Shown: one piece after another, positions 36,373 through 45,800 of the stretch
Numbering within the stretch: the first letter of the stretch is position 1
How the letters are laid out: every line of letters starts with the position of its first letter
IMG/VR virus record: IMGVR_UViG_3300032030_000015
Coordinates: 81,002-145,001 of that record
Length of the DNA: 64,000 bases
Direction: 5' to 3' (one strand)
From: a virus
Lineage: Duplodnaviria > Caudoviricetes
Notes under the pieces: model-generated
The model's database searches: none
Seen by the model: the letters and a program-made list of their open reading frames with translations, nothing else
What the model was told of the DNA's origin: nothing
Program-made: the position numbers and the translations under genes

Positions 36373-36984
36373 CTATTCCTCCTGACTCTTTTCCTCAGCC
36401 TCGGGCGATGCCGGAGCCGATAGGGGGTCACTAACAGCCTTCTTTGCCGTCGCCCTGCTCTTCGCAACGGGGCGCGTCAACTTACTATACTGCTTCCACA
36501 GCGCATCGACCTCCTCCTGCACGGTGGACACGTCGCAGGTGAAGTTCTGTCCGTAGCGCAGGTTCAGCGGGCCTGTGATGGCGATGTCGGGCAGCAGCAG
36601 GGCGGTGTCGTCCTGCGCCTTGTCGACAAGCGTCAAGCGGTCGCCGAAGGGATTCTCCTTCAGCCACTCCGACACCATGGGCGACTGTTCCGGCGACAGG
36701 TCGGCGATGATGGTCAGGCGGGAGATGGTGTCCAGTTTGTCCTTGCCGTTCTTATGCGGCCACTGCTGGCGCATCCAGCGGCTGATGATTTCTGCGGCCT
36801 GGTCGGGCAGTGCCGGGGCTGCAATCAGCATCTCCGTCTCTGTATAGCGTGTCAGCAGGGCGGGCAGCAGTTCGGTCAGCGACAGGTCGCCGAAGCCCTG
36901 GAACTGTGTTTTGCCGCCGTCTTTGATGGAATCGCGCAGTTCGAGCAGTTGCCGAGGTGCGCAGCATGGTTGTATTATTCTCAT
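36373..36984 (-). CDS. Hypothetical morphogenesis protein
   Basis: Position in the structural operon. Confidence 0.6.
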   Translation of the reverse strand: MRIIQPCCAPRQLLELRDSIKDGGKTQFQGFGDLSLTELLPALLTRYTETEMLIAAPALPDQAAEIISRWMRQQWPHKNGKDKLDTISRLTIIADLSPEQSPMVSEWLKENPFGDRLTLVDKAQDDTALLLPDIAITGPLNLRYGQNFTCDVSTVQEEVDALWKQYSKLTRPVAKSRATAKKAVSDPLSAPASPEAEEKSQEE

Positions 36985-37079
36985 TTCTCTATGTGTTTAA
37001 GTGTCTAACTGAAACGAGGCCCAGGCCCGGTGATGTGGGTCTGAGCCTCGCTGATATGAAAAGTTTACCTTTGGGAAGG

Positions 37080-37646
37080 TTAGCTCTCTACCTCCTCGGC
37101 GATGTCGCCGTAGTACTTAACCACGTCGTAAACCTGGAAGTTGCAGACGAAGTTGAAGGTTGTGCCGTGATCGTCATTACGATTTTGGCCGCTGGTGTTG
37201 GCGCGGTTGAACGTTACGTCGCCCGTTGGGTTGCCAACGACCTTCCACTCCTTCAGGGAAGCGTTGTCCACTTTCTTGGTCTTGCCAGTTGGGAAGAACA
37301 CGAGGTAGCCACCGCCCATGTTCGAGAGACGGCGACCCAGTACGGCCATGTCGTCCTCGTTCTTGTCAACGAGACCAGTGCCGGTTACGGCGTTGGCAGC
37401 ACCCTCGCCGTTATCCTCACTCGATACCTGACCCGTCTGGTTCTTGAAGGCAATCTTCCAGCCCTTCAGCGTGGCGTTCTCACCTCCGGCAGGAGTAATG
37501 TTGTACTGATTCTTCTCATCGTTGATCTCGATGGAAGTGATGTGGTCAGAGTCGAGGGGAACAATCATGCAATAGTTGCTGGTTCCGCCAGGGTTCTCCG
37601 TGCAGTCATTAGTCTGCTTAACGTGCTTGAAATTGCAAAGTCCCAT
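37080..37646 (-). CDS. Major tail tube protein (putative)
   Basis: CTENPGG N-terminus, beta-rich, WKVVGNP..TSGQNRND motif, highly biased codons, downstream of the capsid gene. Confidence 0.7.
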   Translation of the reverse strand: MGLCNFKHVKQTNDCTENPGGTSNYCMIVPLDSDHITSIEINDEKNQYNITPAGGENATLKGWKIAFKNQTGQVSSEDNGEGAANAVTGTGLVDKNEDDMAVLGRRLSNMGGGYLVFFPTGKTKKVDNASLKEWKVVGNPTGDVTFNRANTSGQNRNDDHGTTFNFVCNFQVYDVVKYYGDIAEEVES

Positions 37647-37821
37647 AATCTAATCTTGTGTTTGTGTTGTTATTACTGTGTTGCTTTTGTATTGGTTTGA
37701 GCCCTTTGGCTTATGCCGCATTCCCGTTTGACGGGAAAGCTCAAATGTGTTGGTTGAGAGGAAATCAGAGGGCGGCGGCATGACGGCGATGGATCACGCC
37801 GCCGCTCACCTCCGATAGCGT

Positions 37822-39240
37822 TTAGCCCTTCGTGTAGTAGGTCTTGCCAGACTCTACCTCGGTGTCCTCAGTCAGAGAATACACGTCGCCGTTCTTCTCG
37901 TACCAGCCCTGCTGAGCGGGGTTGCCCGTCGGGTTGGCTACGGCTGTGTAGGTGGGAGTCTCCTCCTCCTCAGCTGCCTCGGCCTTGAACACGCCTGCCA
38001 CGTTCACTACGCCACCGGGGAAGGTGAAGTTGAACGGGTTGGCCTGGCTGATGATGTGTCCGCCCTTGCTCCAGCCTGCGAAGACGAAGCCGCTCTTAGG
38101 AGTAGCCGTCAGGGTGATGATGTCACCGTCGGCATAGAGGTCCTTCTGGCCGCTGGTGATGGCGACGGTACCCTTGCTGGTGTCGGCGCTCGTAGCGGTG
38201 AAGATCTCGGCGATGTACTGGCCGGGAGTCCAGTCGTAGCTGTTCACGGCGTCGTTACATGCGAACACCTCGGGGCTGTACTCGCGGATGCGGGTAGTGG
38301 CGGCGGCGTTGATCTGGTAGCCGATGATGGTCAGGTCCTCGTTGGTCTGGCCGATGCGTACCTGTGCCGTTCCCTCGCGGGTGTCACAAATAAATTCGAG
38401 GTTTCCTTCGATCGAGGCTATCAGCTGGCCTCCTACGCCCATACCGGCGCTGGTCTTCAGCACGATGTTAGGCATCTCGGCAAACTTCCAGCCTGCCTGC
38501 AGCACGGTGGGAGCAATCTGAGGATAGGTCAGCATGTAACCCTTCACGGCCTTGCGGCAGAACTCGTCGCTGGCGTAGATGTAGGTGGTCTGCTCGGGCT
38601 TCTTCATGGCGGGGTGCAGCTTCGTGTAGAAGTTCACCAGCAGGTCGTACACCTGGTCGGCCTCCAGACCGGTGATGTCGCCAGTCATAATCAGGTTGCG
38701 GTTGGCAACCGAGATGGTGCCGTCGGTGCGGGCCTTGGCAATGAGGGTGTAGATACCGTCGAACAGCGAGAGGCCCAGTTTCACCTGGTTCTCGGGAGTG
38801 TCCTCCAGGTCGCGGTTGTCCTTGTTGCCGAACCACACGTTGAAGCGGACGTCCTCTGCGGCGCGACCGGCAACCTCCTTCATGTTGTTCTGCGACATCT
38901 CGCTCTCGCCGGAGCCGTCAACCACGTTGTACGGACCCTTCTCGCGGTAGCGCTCGATAGAGTCTTCCGACTTGATGTAGTAGGGTTCCACCTTGGCAGG
39001 GTTCTCCAGGATCTTGGCGAGCTGCGAAGGTTTCACATTGCCCACACGGTAGGGGCGTGCTACGAGGCCCTTGCGGTTGAAGATACGGCACACGTCGATA
39101 TTCTCGACATTGGTCGTCACCTTGAAACCGAGGTCTCCGAACATAGAATCGTCAAGCAGATAAGCCTTGGCGACCAGCTCCTCGTGAATCTGTTCCTTCA
39201 CGTGCTGGATTTCGTTGATGCTAAGTGCATAAGGTCCCAT
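37822..39240 (-). CDS. Major capsid protein with C-terminal InlB-B-repeat/Ig-like extensions
   Basis: Follows the S49 protease; LFDGIYT motif; strong codon bias; C-terminal ITLTATPKSGFVFAGW domain. Confidence 0.75.
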   Translation of the reverse strand: MGPYALSINEIQHVKEQIHEELVAKAYLLDDSMFGDLGFKVTTNVENIDVCRIFNRKGLVARPYRVGNVKPSQLAKILENPAKVEPYYIKSEDSIERYREKGPYNVVDGSGESEMSQNNMKEVAGRAAEDVRFNVWFGNKDNRDLEDTPENQVKLGLSLFDGIYTLIAKARTDGTISVANRNLIMTGDITGLEADQVYDLLVNFYTKLHPAMKKPEQTTYIYASDEFCRKAVKGYMLTYPQIAPTVLQAGWKFAEMPNIVLKTSAGMGVGGQLIASIEGNLEFICDTREGTAQVRIGQTNEDLTIIGYQINAAATTRIREYSPEVFACNDAVNSYDWTPGQYIAEIFTATSADTSKGTVAITSGQKDLYADGDIITLTATPKSGFVFAGWSKGGHIISQANPFNFTFPGGVVNVAGVFKAEAAEEEETPTYTAVANPTGNPAQQGWYEKNGDVYSLTEDTEVESGKTYYTKG

Positions 39241-39287
39241 AATCTTGTTGCTTTTGTGTTGGTTTATAAAATGTTTGTGTTGTTGTC

Positions 39288-39325
39288 TGCAATTTACGCA
39301 GTGGCGTTCAGGAAATCAAGGGCAG
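39288..39325 (-). promoter_or_regulatory. Putative late promoter, copy 4 (capsid)
   Basis: CTGCCCTTGATTTC-N14-GTAAATTGC. Confidence 0.75.
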
Positions 39326-39406
39326 CCTGAGCCGAGCGAAGAATCACGAGCTTGCTCGATGGTTGTTCCGAGGCGATGGCTGCACTCGGCGAAGCCAAGG
39401 GCAGTG
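39318..39406 (+). repeat. Palindromic REP-like element copy
   Basis: GCCGAGCGAAGAA..CGAGCTTGCTCG..TTCCGAGGCG, flanked by AAGGGCAG on both sides. Confidence 0.6.
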
Positions 39407-41362
39407 TTACTTACCCTCCGTTGCCACCTCGCGGCAGTGCTCGTAGGTCATGTTCTCGCGGGTGATGCGCTTCTGCTTCTGCTTCGGAGCCTCGCCCGTG
39501 CCATTGTCCTGGGGGATGCCGGCGGCGGCGTCGGTCATCGGGGCTGGCTTGCCGGCGAGTTCCTTCACCTCGGCCTTCAGGTCGCTGACCTGCTTCTTCA
39601 GCTGGTCGATGAGTGCGTCCTTCTCCTCGATGCTCTTGTCGCGGGCAGCGATGGCGGCGTCGCGCTCGGCAATCGTGCCGTTGGCGGTCTCGATGTCCTT
39701 ACGTGCCTGGTCGATGTCGGCCTGCAACTGCTCGGCAGTATTCTTCTGACCGTCCAGCGACTCCTTCAGGTCGGCAATCTCCTTGTCCTTGTCGGCAATC
39801 ATCTGCTCGGCGTTATGCAACGTCTCCTGAATCTTGTCGATGTCGGCCTCGGCGTTCTCGATGGTCTCCTGAGAGGCAGGCTCCTGGGCTGGCTCGGCAG
39901 CAGGCTCCTGAGCGCTTTCGTCCGAAGGCTCGGCGTTCTCGATGGTCTCCTGAGAGGCAGGCTGCTCTTCCTCGGTAGCGGGTGCTTCCTCGGCAGGCTT
40001 CTCTTCCTCTTCGGCGGGCTTCTCTTCCTCCTGTGCAGGCGCTTCCTCGGCGGGAGCCTCGGTGCCCTCCTGTGCAGGGGCTTCTTCACTGGCAGCTGGA
40101 GCTTCGGTTGCTGGTGCTTCCTCGGCGGCTGCTTCTGCGGCAGGCTGTTCTACCTGCTCGGCGGCTTGCTGCTCCTCGGCAGCTTCAGCGGCCTTCTTCT
40201 CTTCTTCTGTCATATTTTCCTTATTTTGGGGGTTTGCTACTTCTACTGTTTCAGGGCCGAAGAATCCCGGCACCTCCTTGGTAACATGTCCGTCATCGAC
40301 CATTCTCAGGTCGCCACGGCTTGTGGCGATGGCAGCCTTCTGCTGCTCAGTCAGCTTGGCCATCTCCTCGGGCTCCTCGCCCTCTGGCTTCTCCTCCGGT
40401 TCCTCCTTCGGCTCGGCGGTCACCAGTCGTGCTGCTGTCAGCGTCTCGTTAGCGAGTTCAAACACGCACTCGATGGCGCGGTTCATGTCGCCTATCTCAT
40501 CGACCAGAGCAGGGATAACCTCCTGCGCCTCGAACACCTTGCCCGTCAGCATGTCGGCGGTAACGAGCGGACGGTTCTCGCGCACCTCGTTATGGAACTC
40601 CTCGGTGTCCTTGTCGAGCTCAGCCTGCAGTTTCTCGTATTCTCCTGCGGCGGCCTCACGGTACCAGTCGTTCTTCTCGGGGCAGTCCTTGCCGACAAGT
40701 TCCACATAGCGGTAGCCGTCCTGGTCCACAGTGTCGTGGGCGACAGCCCAGAAAGCAGCCATCGTGCCGATACAGCCGAACTCATCCTTGGGATTCATCA
40801 CGATTACACGGTCGCAACGGCAGGCAAGGTTCACGCCGCTGGAGCAACACATGCCGTCCACGAAAGCCACGGTGGGCTTGCCCTTCTCGCGGCAGTCGGC
40901 AATCATCATCTCGTAGTCGTTACGACAGGAAGCCTGACCGCCAGGGGTGTTGATAAGGAACAGGTGTCCCACCACCTGCGGGATGGTATTGGCATACATC
41001 ACCTGGTCGCGGAAGTCCTTCGTGCCATACGAGCAGCCGTCGCCGTCGCGGGTCACGGGGCCGTCAACCACGACCACGTTGATGATCTCGTCGTCCTCCT
41101 GCAGTTCCTCGTCGTTCCAATACAGATGGCGCTCAATGCGGTGGATGTCGCCTACGTACAGCTTATCCTCGAAGTTGGCGCCAACGGTCTTGCCGTCCTT
41201 CTGGTAGCCCTTCTTCGACAGGAAGTAGCCGTGCTGCTTCTCGATGTCGTTGGGCAGATGCAGTTCGATGGCGTTCTTCAGCGCGTCGGCATACGTCTGT
41301 GCCAGGTCTGGGCGGAAGTCCCACACCTTATTGTGCATGATGTTTAATAATCCGATGTTCAT
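39407..41362 (-). CDS. S49 (SppA/ClpP-like) prohead protease fused to an acidic/coiled-coil scaffold (start MNIGLL at 41362)
   Basis: LINTPGG, KPTVAFVDGMCCSSG, FGCIGT and LVDEIG motifs; EEAPA repeats and a duplicated PASQETIENAE. Confidence 0.85.
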   Translation of the reverse strand: MNIGLLNIMHNKVWDFRPDLAQTYADALKNAIELHLPNDIEKQHGYFLSKKGYQKDGKTVGANFEDKLYVGDIHRIERHLYWNDEELQEDDEIINVVVVDGPVTRDGDGCSYGTKDFRDQVMYANTIPQVVGHLFLINTPGGQASCRNDYEMMIADCREKGKPTVAFVDGMCCSSGVNLACRCDRVIVMNPKDEFGCIGTMAAFWAVAHDTVDQDGYRYVELVGKDCPEKNDWYREAAAGEYEKLQAELDKDTEEFHNEVRENRPLVTADMLTGKVFEAQEVIPALVDEIGDMNRAIECVFELANETLTAARLVTAEPKEEPEEKPEGEEPEEMAKLTEQQKAAIATSRGDLRMVDDGHVTKEVPGFFGPETVEVANPQNKENMTEEEKKAAEAAEEQQAAEQVEQPAAEAAAEEAPATEAPAASEEAPAQEGTEAPAEEAPAQEEEKPAEEEEKPAEEAPATEEEQPASQETIENAEPSDESAQEPAAEPAQEPASQETIENAEADIDKIQETLHNAEQMIADKDKEIADLKESLDGQKNTAEQLQADIDQARKDIETANGTIAERDAAIAARDKSIEEKDALIDQLKKQVSDLKAEVKELAGKPAPMTDAAAGIPQDNGTGEAPKQKQKRITRENMTYEHCREVATEGK

Positions 41363-41389
41363 ATCTCTTCGTTTTTGTGTCTGTCTGTC

Positions 41390-41427
41390 CGCAATATACG
41401 TAGCGGTGTTTCGGAAATCAAGGGCAG
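41390..41427 (-). promoter_or_regulatory. Putative late promoter, copy 5 (protease)
   Basis: CTGCCCTTGATTTC-N14-GTATATTGC. Confidence 0.75.
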
Positions 41428-41482
41428 AGTGTGCAAGCACCTGATGGCGGCAGCAAATTCTTCACTCTTCACTCTTCACTTT

Positions 41483-42787
41483 TCACTTTCGTTCTGGCGT
41501 CCTGTGCGTAGCCGGGAATCCCGTAAACAGTTTGCGGCTGTTCTGTTCGCACTGCTGTCGGCAGCGGCGGCGCTGTGCCGCCTCGGCATTGGCTGCGTCC
41601 TGCTCGGCCTGCTGCTCGGCGGCCTTCACCTTTTTATATATGGGGCTGTCCACGGCTGCGTCGCCCAGCGCCTCCAGGTTCTCCTCGATGTACTCGCACG
41701 CCATCGCCATCGCCTGCTGTGCGTCGGTCATCGAGTCGCGCCTTGCCAGTTTCTCCTCCTTCTGGAAGATGGCGGACGAACTGCGCGAACTGCTGCCCGC
41801 CAGCGACGTCGTGTGCGTGATGGTCGTCCGTCGGCTCTCCACGTAGAAGGCCAGCGCCGTCCTCAGCATCGAGAGCAGTTCAACCCCCTCCGTCTCCCCG
41901 ATGGGAGAGGTTGTGGTTTGTTGAGAGTCCGTGGTGTCGGTGCCCTCCCCCTCGGGGGAGTCAGGAGAGGGGTTTCCCTCGTTGGCGTAGTCGATCACCG
42001 CCTTCAGCAGTTTCGCCCCTACCCTCGGCTTCAGATACGTATTCTGACAATAGCGTATGTCGTGAACCAAATCCACGAAAGTCATCCGGTCAATCTTGGT
42101 CCCGAGAAATTCCTTCAGCACCCTCGCCGTCTGGAAGAGCAGATCCTTGTGCAGGTAGAAGGCGTCCGCCTCCTGCCACTTCTCCGTGAACAGCCTGTCG
42201 CCCTTCGCGTCCGCTTCCAGGAATAGCAGCAGGTCGTCGATGGCGCGGCCCGCACTCATGTAGGCATCCTTCGTCGCCCGCTCCTTGTCCTTCTCGTCGG
42301 CAGGCTCGTATCCGTCGGCTGATATCTTGTTCATGCCGCCGCCTTCGTTGAACGAAACGGTCAGCAGCCCCGCCTTGTGCGAGAGCATCTTATAAAACTC
42401 TATCCTCTGGCAGATGCGCAGCAGCCGGATGGTCTTCAGGTCCTCCTTCGGCACGTCCACTTCCTCCTCGGGCATCGGCACACAGCCGCACGCCGCCGGC
42501 AGCACGCCCTGCTGTATCGCGTCCATCCTCTCGGTCACGTCGGCGTAGGGCAGTCCGGGGTCCTCCTTCGCCTTGCCTGTCGGCTTGATGGTCGTGGCGG
42601 TGATGTCTATGTAGGTCTCCCTCAGCCGCTCGTACTCCTGGCAGAGGTGCTCGTACAGCGCCGTGCCTAATAGCGGCTCCAGCGCCCCCCGTTCCTCCTC
42701 CTCCAGATAAGGTAGCAGTTCCGTCGGCTTGCTCCACCGCGAGGTAGGCATCACACTCACAATCTCGTTTTCTGTCCTTATAAACAT
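41483..42787 (-). CDS. Head-tail connector-type protein (DUF6712-like)
   Basis: Duplicated LxPxLGxxL(Y/L) motif; structural context. Confidence 0.6.
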   Translation of the reverse strand: MFIRTENEIVSVMPTSRWSKPTELLPYLEEEERGALEPLLGTALYEHLCQEYERLRETYIDITATTIKPTGKAKEDPGLPYADVTERMDAIQQGVLPAACGCVPMPEEEVDVPKEDLKTIRLLRICQRIEFYKMLSHKAGLLTVSFNEGGGMNKISADGYEPADEKDKERATKDAYMSAGRAIDDLLLFLEADAKGDRLFTEKWQEADAFYLHKDLLFQTARVLKEFLGTKIDRMTFVDLVHDIRYCQNTYLKPRVGAKLLKAVIDYANEGNPSPDSPEGEGTDTTDSQQTTTSPIGETEGVELLSMLRTALAFYVESRRTTITHTTSLAGSSSRSSSAIFQKEEKLARRDSMTDAQQAMAMACEYIEENLEALGDAAVDSPIYKKVKAAEQQAEQDAANAEAAQRRRCRQQCEQNSRKLFTGFPATHRTPERK

Positions 42788-42807
42788 ATTCGTCGTTGTT
42801 TCTTGTC

Positions 42808-42845
42808 TGCAATTTACATTTCCGCTTTCGCGGAATCAAGGGCAG
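42808..42845 (-). promoter_or_regulatory. Putative late promoter, copy 6
   Basis: CTGCCCTTGATTCC-N14-GTAAATTGC. Confidence 0.75.
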
Positions 42846-42899
42846 TGCGAGGCGATGGCCAATGTCAGTCCTGTAATCCTTGCGGTTTTGCCGCAAGGA

Positions 42900-45800
42900 T
42901 TACAGGTACTTCACCCCATGTCTTTTCGCCTCCTTCTGATACTTGTTCACCATGTTGGGTATGCCCTCCGGCCCCGTCCATATATTCTGTGCCACGATGG
43001 GCTTGTTGAGCCTTTCGAGCAGGGCCTCCTGCACGGCGGTGTTCCTGTCGAGCGAATCCTGCATGGCGGTGAGGTCGTCGAAGCCATCGGCTCCCTCCAT
43101 GCCGCTGCCGCTGATATCCTCGAAGTCATTGATATTACCCTCGGCGAAGGCACGCACTCCCCTACCCCTGCGGGTGGAGAATCCGCTGACGCGACCGCCG
43201 TTGTAGAGTGTCTGGATGGCCTGCCAGATGCCGGTGTCGTCAGTCTGCATCAGGCGGGTAGTGTGGGCGTCGATGATGGCCTCGCGGCCCTTCTCGCCTA
43301 CGAGGTGGAACTCGGGACCGTTGGTGATGTGCGTCTTGGCGTCCTTACCCATGTAGCGGGCGCGGTAGGTCTTGCCGTCGGCCCCGTCCACGTTGTACTG
43401 TCGCCCCGGCGTCAGCGAAGCCGGATCCGTAAACTCGTTCACGTTACCCTCGGCGTATGTCAGCATACCCGTAGCCAGTCGGCCGGCACCGACGCTGGCG
43501 CCGGTTACCTGTGCAATCTGGCTCTTGCTCTTGGCAATCTTCGACACGGCCAAGCCCATCAGACCGCCCAGCAAGCCTGTGAACAGCGCATACACGGGAA
43601 TGGCATACCAGCCCAACTGCGACCACAGTTTGCCCAGTACCGATGCAGAGTTGACGGCAGCCTCGCCGGTCATCGTCGAGAAGTCCACCGTCAGCATCGA
43701 GATAGCCGACTGTCCTGCCGCCTGCACAGCCATCATCTCGAACTTCTGCGTGGTCGAGAGGTTGTCGTTGCTCATCGTCTGATAGGCGATGCCGTACATG
43801 TTGGCGGCGGCGGTCATCTTGGCGAAGGTGGCCTGCGTGCTTGCCTGCATCTTCTTGTTGGCATCGTCCTGGCCTTTCTTTAGCGCAGCCATATTGTCGA
43901 GCATCTTCTGCGTGGCGATGTCGCTCTGCTCCTGCCAGAACAGCATCGGATTGTCGCCCATACCCTCGATAAACTCCTGTGCCTGGTCGGGGGTAAGTCC
44001 TGACTCGATGCCAGCCGTTGCGCCTGCACCCGAAGCGCTGCCGTCGGTCGTGCCGCCGAGGTCGATATTGTCGAGCGCGTTTCCTGCCTTGGCTCCGGCT
44101 ATCGCACCGCTCAGTCCCATCAGTGCCTCGGTGTTCTGCAGTGTGGCATCCGTGTTGGCATCCAGCGAAGCGTTTTGGAACATGGCATTCAGCCAGTCTG
44201 TTATCTGGTCGCTCATCTTCTGATTGATGTCATCCATCAACTTGCGCCATGCCTCGGCCTGGGCGTTCTGCTGCTCTATCTCATGCTCGCGCTCCAGTGC
44301 CTGGCGCTCGTCCAGGTATTCGTAGTGGGCGGTGGCGTCGCTGGTGCCGGCATTGTCGATGACGACGTAGGTCCCTGCGCCGGGGCCGCCCTTGCCGGTC
44401 AAGTCGAGTTTCGCCCGTTCGTTATAGTACTCCGCATCGCCGGCGTGGCTTGCCTCGAAGACGCCCTGGATGGAACTTGTCAGCAGGTCGGCCCACTCGC
44501 GCAACTCCTTATAGAGCCGTGCCTCAGACTCTTCCGTCTTGGCGATGATATCTTCCTGCAGTTTCAGTTCGTCGGTCTGCTCCTTGCGGGTGGCAAGGTT
44601 CAGCGCCATTTCGGCGTTCTGTGCCTGCATCCTCAGCTGACGGGCTTTCTCCGCGTCCGACTCCATCTCCGCCTCGCGTCGCAGCATATCTATCTTCTCC
44701 TTACCTATCTTATGCACCAGACTGTACTGATACTGCTGCATGGCCAGTTGCACCTTCAGCTGCTGGATGGCGAGCTTATCGGCGACGCGCTCGCTGGCTA
44801 CTCCTGCGCCGATGAGCGAGTTGGCTCTGCTCACGCGCCCCTCCTGAATGCCCAGCGCACCGATGGCCTGCTCGAAGGCGTCCTTGATGGTGGTCTTGCC
44901 GTCGCCGCCGGGCAGCAGTATGTTGCTCCACATGATGTCGGCCTGCTTCTTCAGTTCCGACGCCTCCTTCTTGATGGCATCCTGCACCTTCTCGAACACG
45001 CGGTACACCTGGTGCATCAGCCTCTGCTGCGTCTGCGCGTCGCCGTCGATGGCGTCGGCCCACGCCTGCCAGCCGCGCTTTGCCATCTCACCCATCAGCT
45101 GCTCCCACGTCAGGCTGTAGCCCTTGGTCGACTGCTCCAGGATGAACATCGTGCGCTCTATCTCCTTCTCCATGGTGCGCTCCTCCTCCTTCTCGATGTC
45201 GGTCAGCAGCGCGTCCATCGTACCCAGGTTCTTGCGCAGTTCCTCGGTGATGCCCGCGTAGGGGTTCTCCTTGTTCACGATGGCCGTGATGTCCTTCATG
45301 TGCTGCCCGATGGCGTTGCGCTGGCGCAGGAAACTCCTTTCGGCACCCAGTTCTATGTCGCCGTAGATGCGGTCCATGGCGGCCTTGTTCTTCTTGCCTG
45401 TCTCCTCGATGAGATGGTTTGTCTGTGCGATGTCGGCCTTGATGTAGGCGGTGGTCTCGCCCGTGCGCTCCGATATGATGCGGAAGATTTCGTCCTGTTC
45501 CTGCTGTACCACCTCGCCGCGACGCTTCGAGTACAGCAGTTGCAGTTCGGCGCGACGCTGCTGCCACTCGGCATCGTTGGCCAGCGTGCGGTTGCGTGCC
45601 TCTGCCTCGCTTATCTCCTGGTCGTTCTGTGCCTCCTGAATCTTCGCCTTCCGCTCGGTGTAGTAGGCGTCCAGTTCGTCCAGATAGTATTTCATCTCGT
45701 CATTTACCACGCGGCCCACACGCTTCCTCACCTTCTCCGGGTCCATCCAGTCGCCGGTGTTTGTCAGGTGCTTGGCGTGCAGCGCATCCTGTATCTTCAG

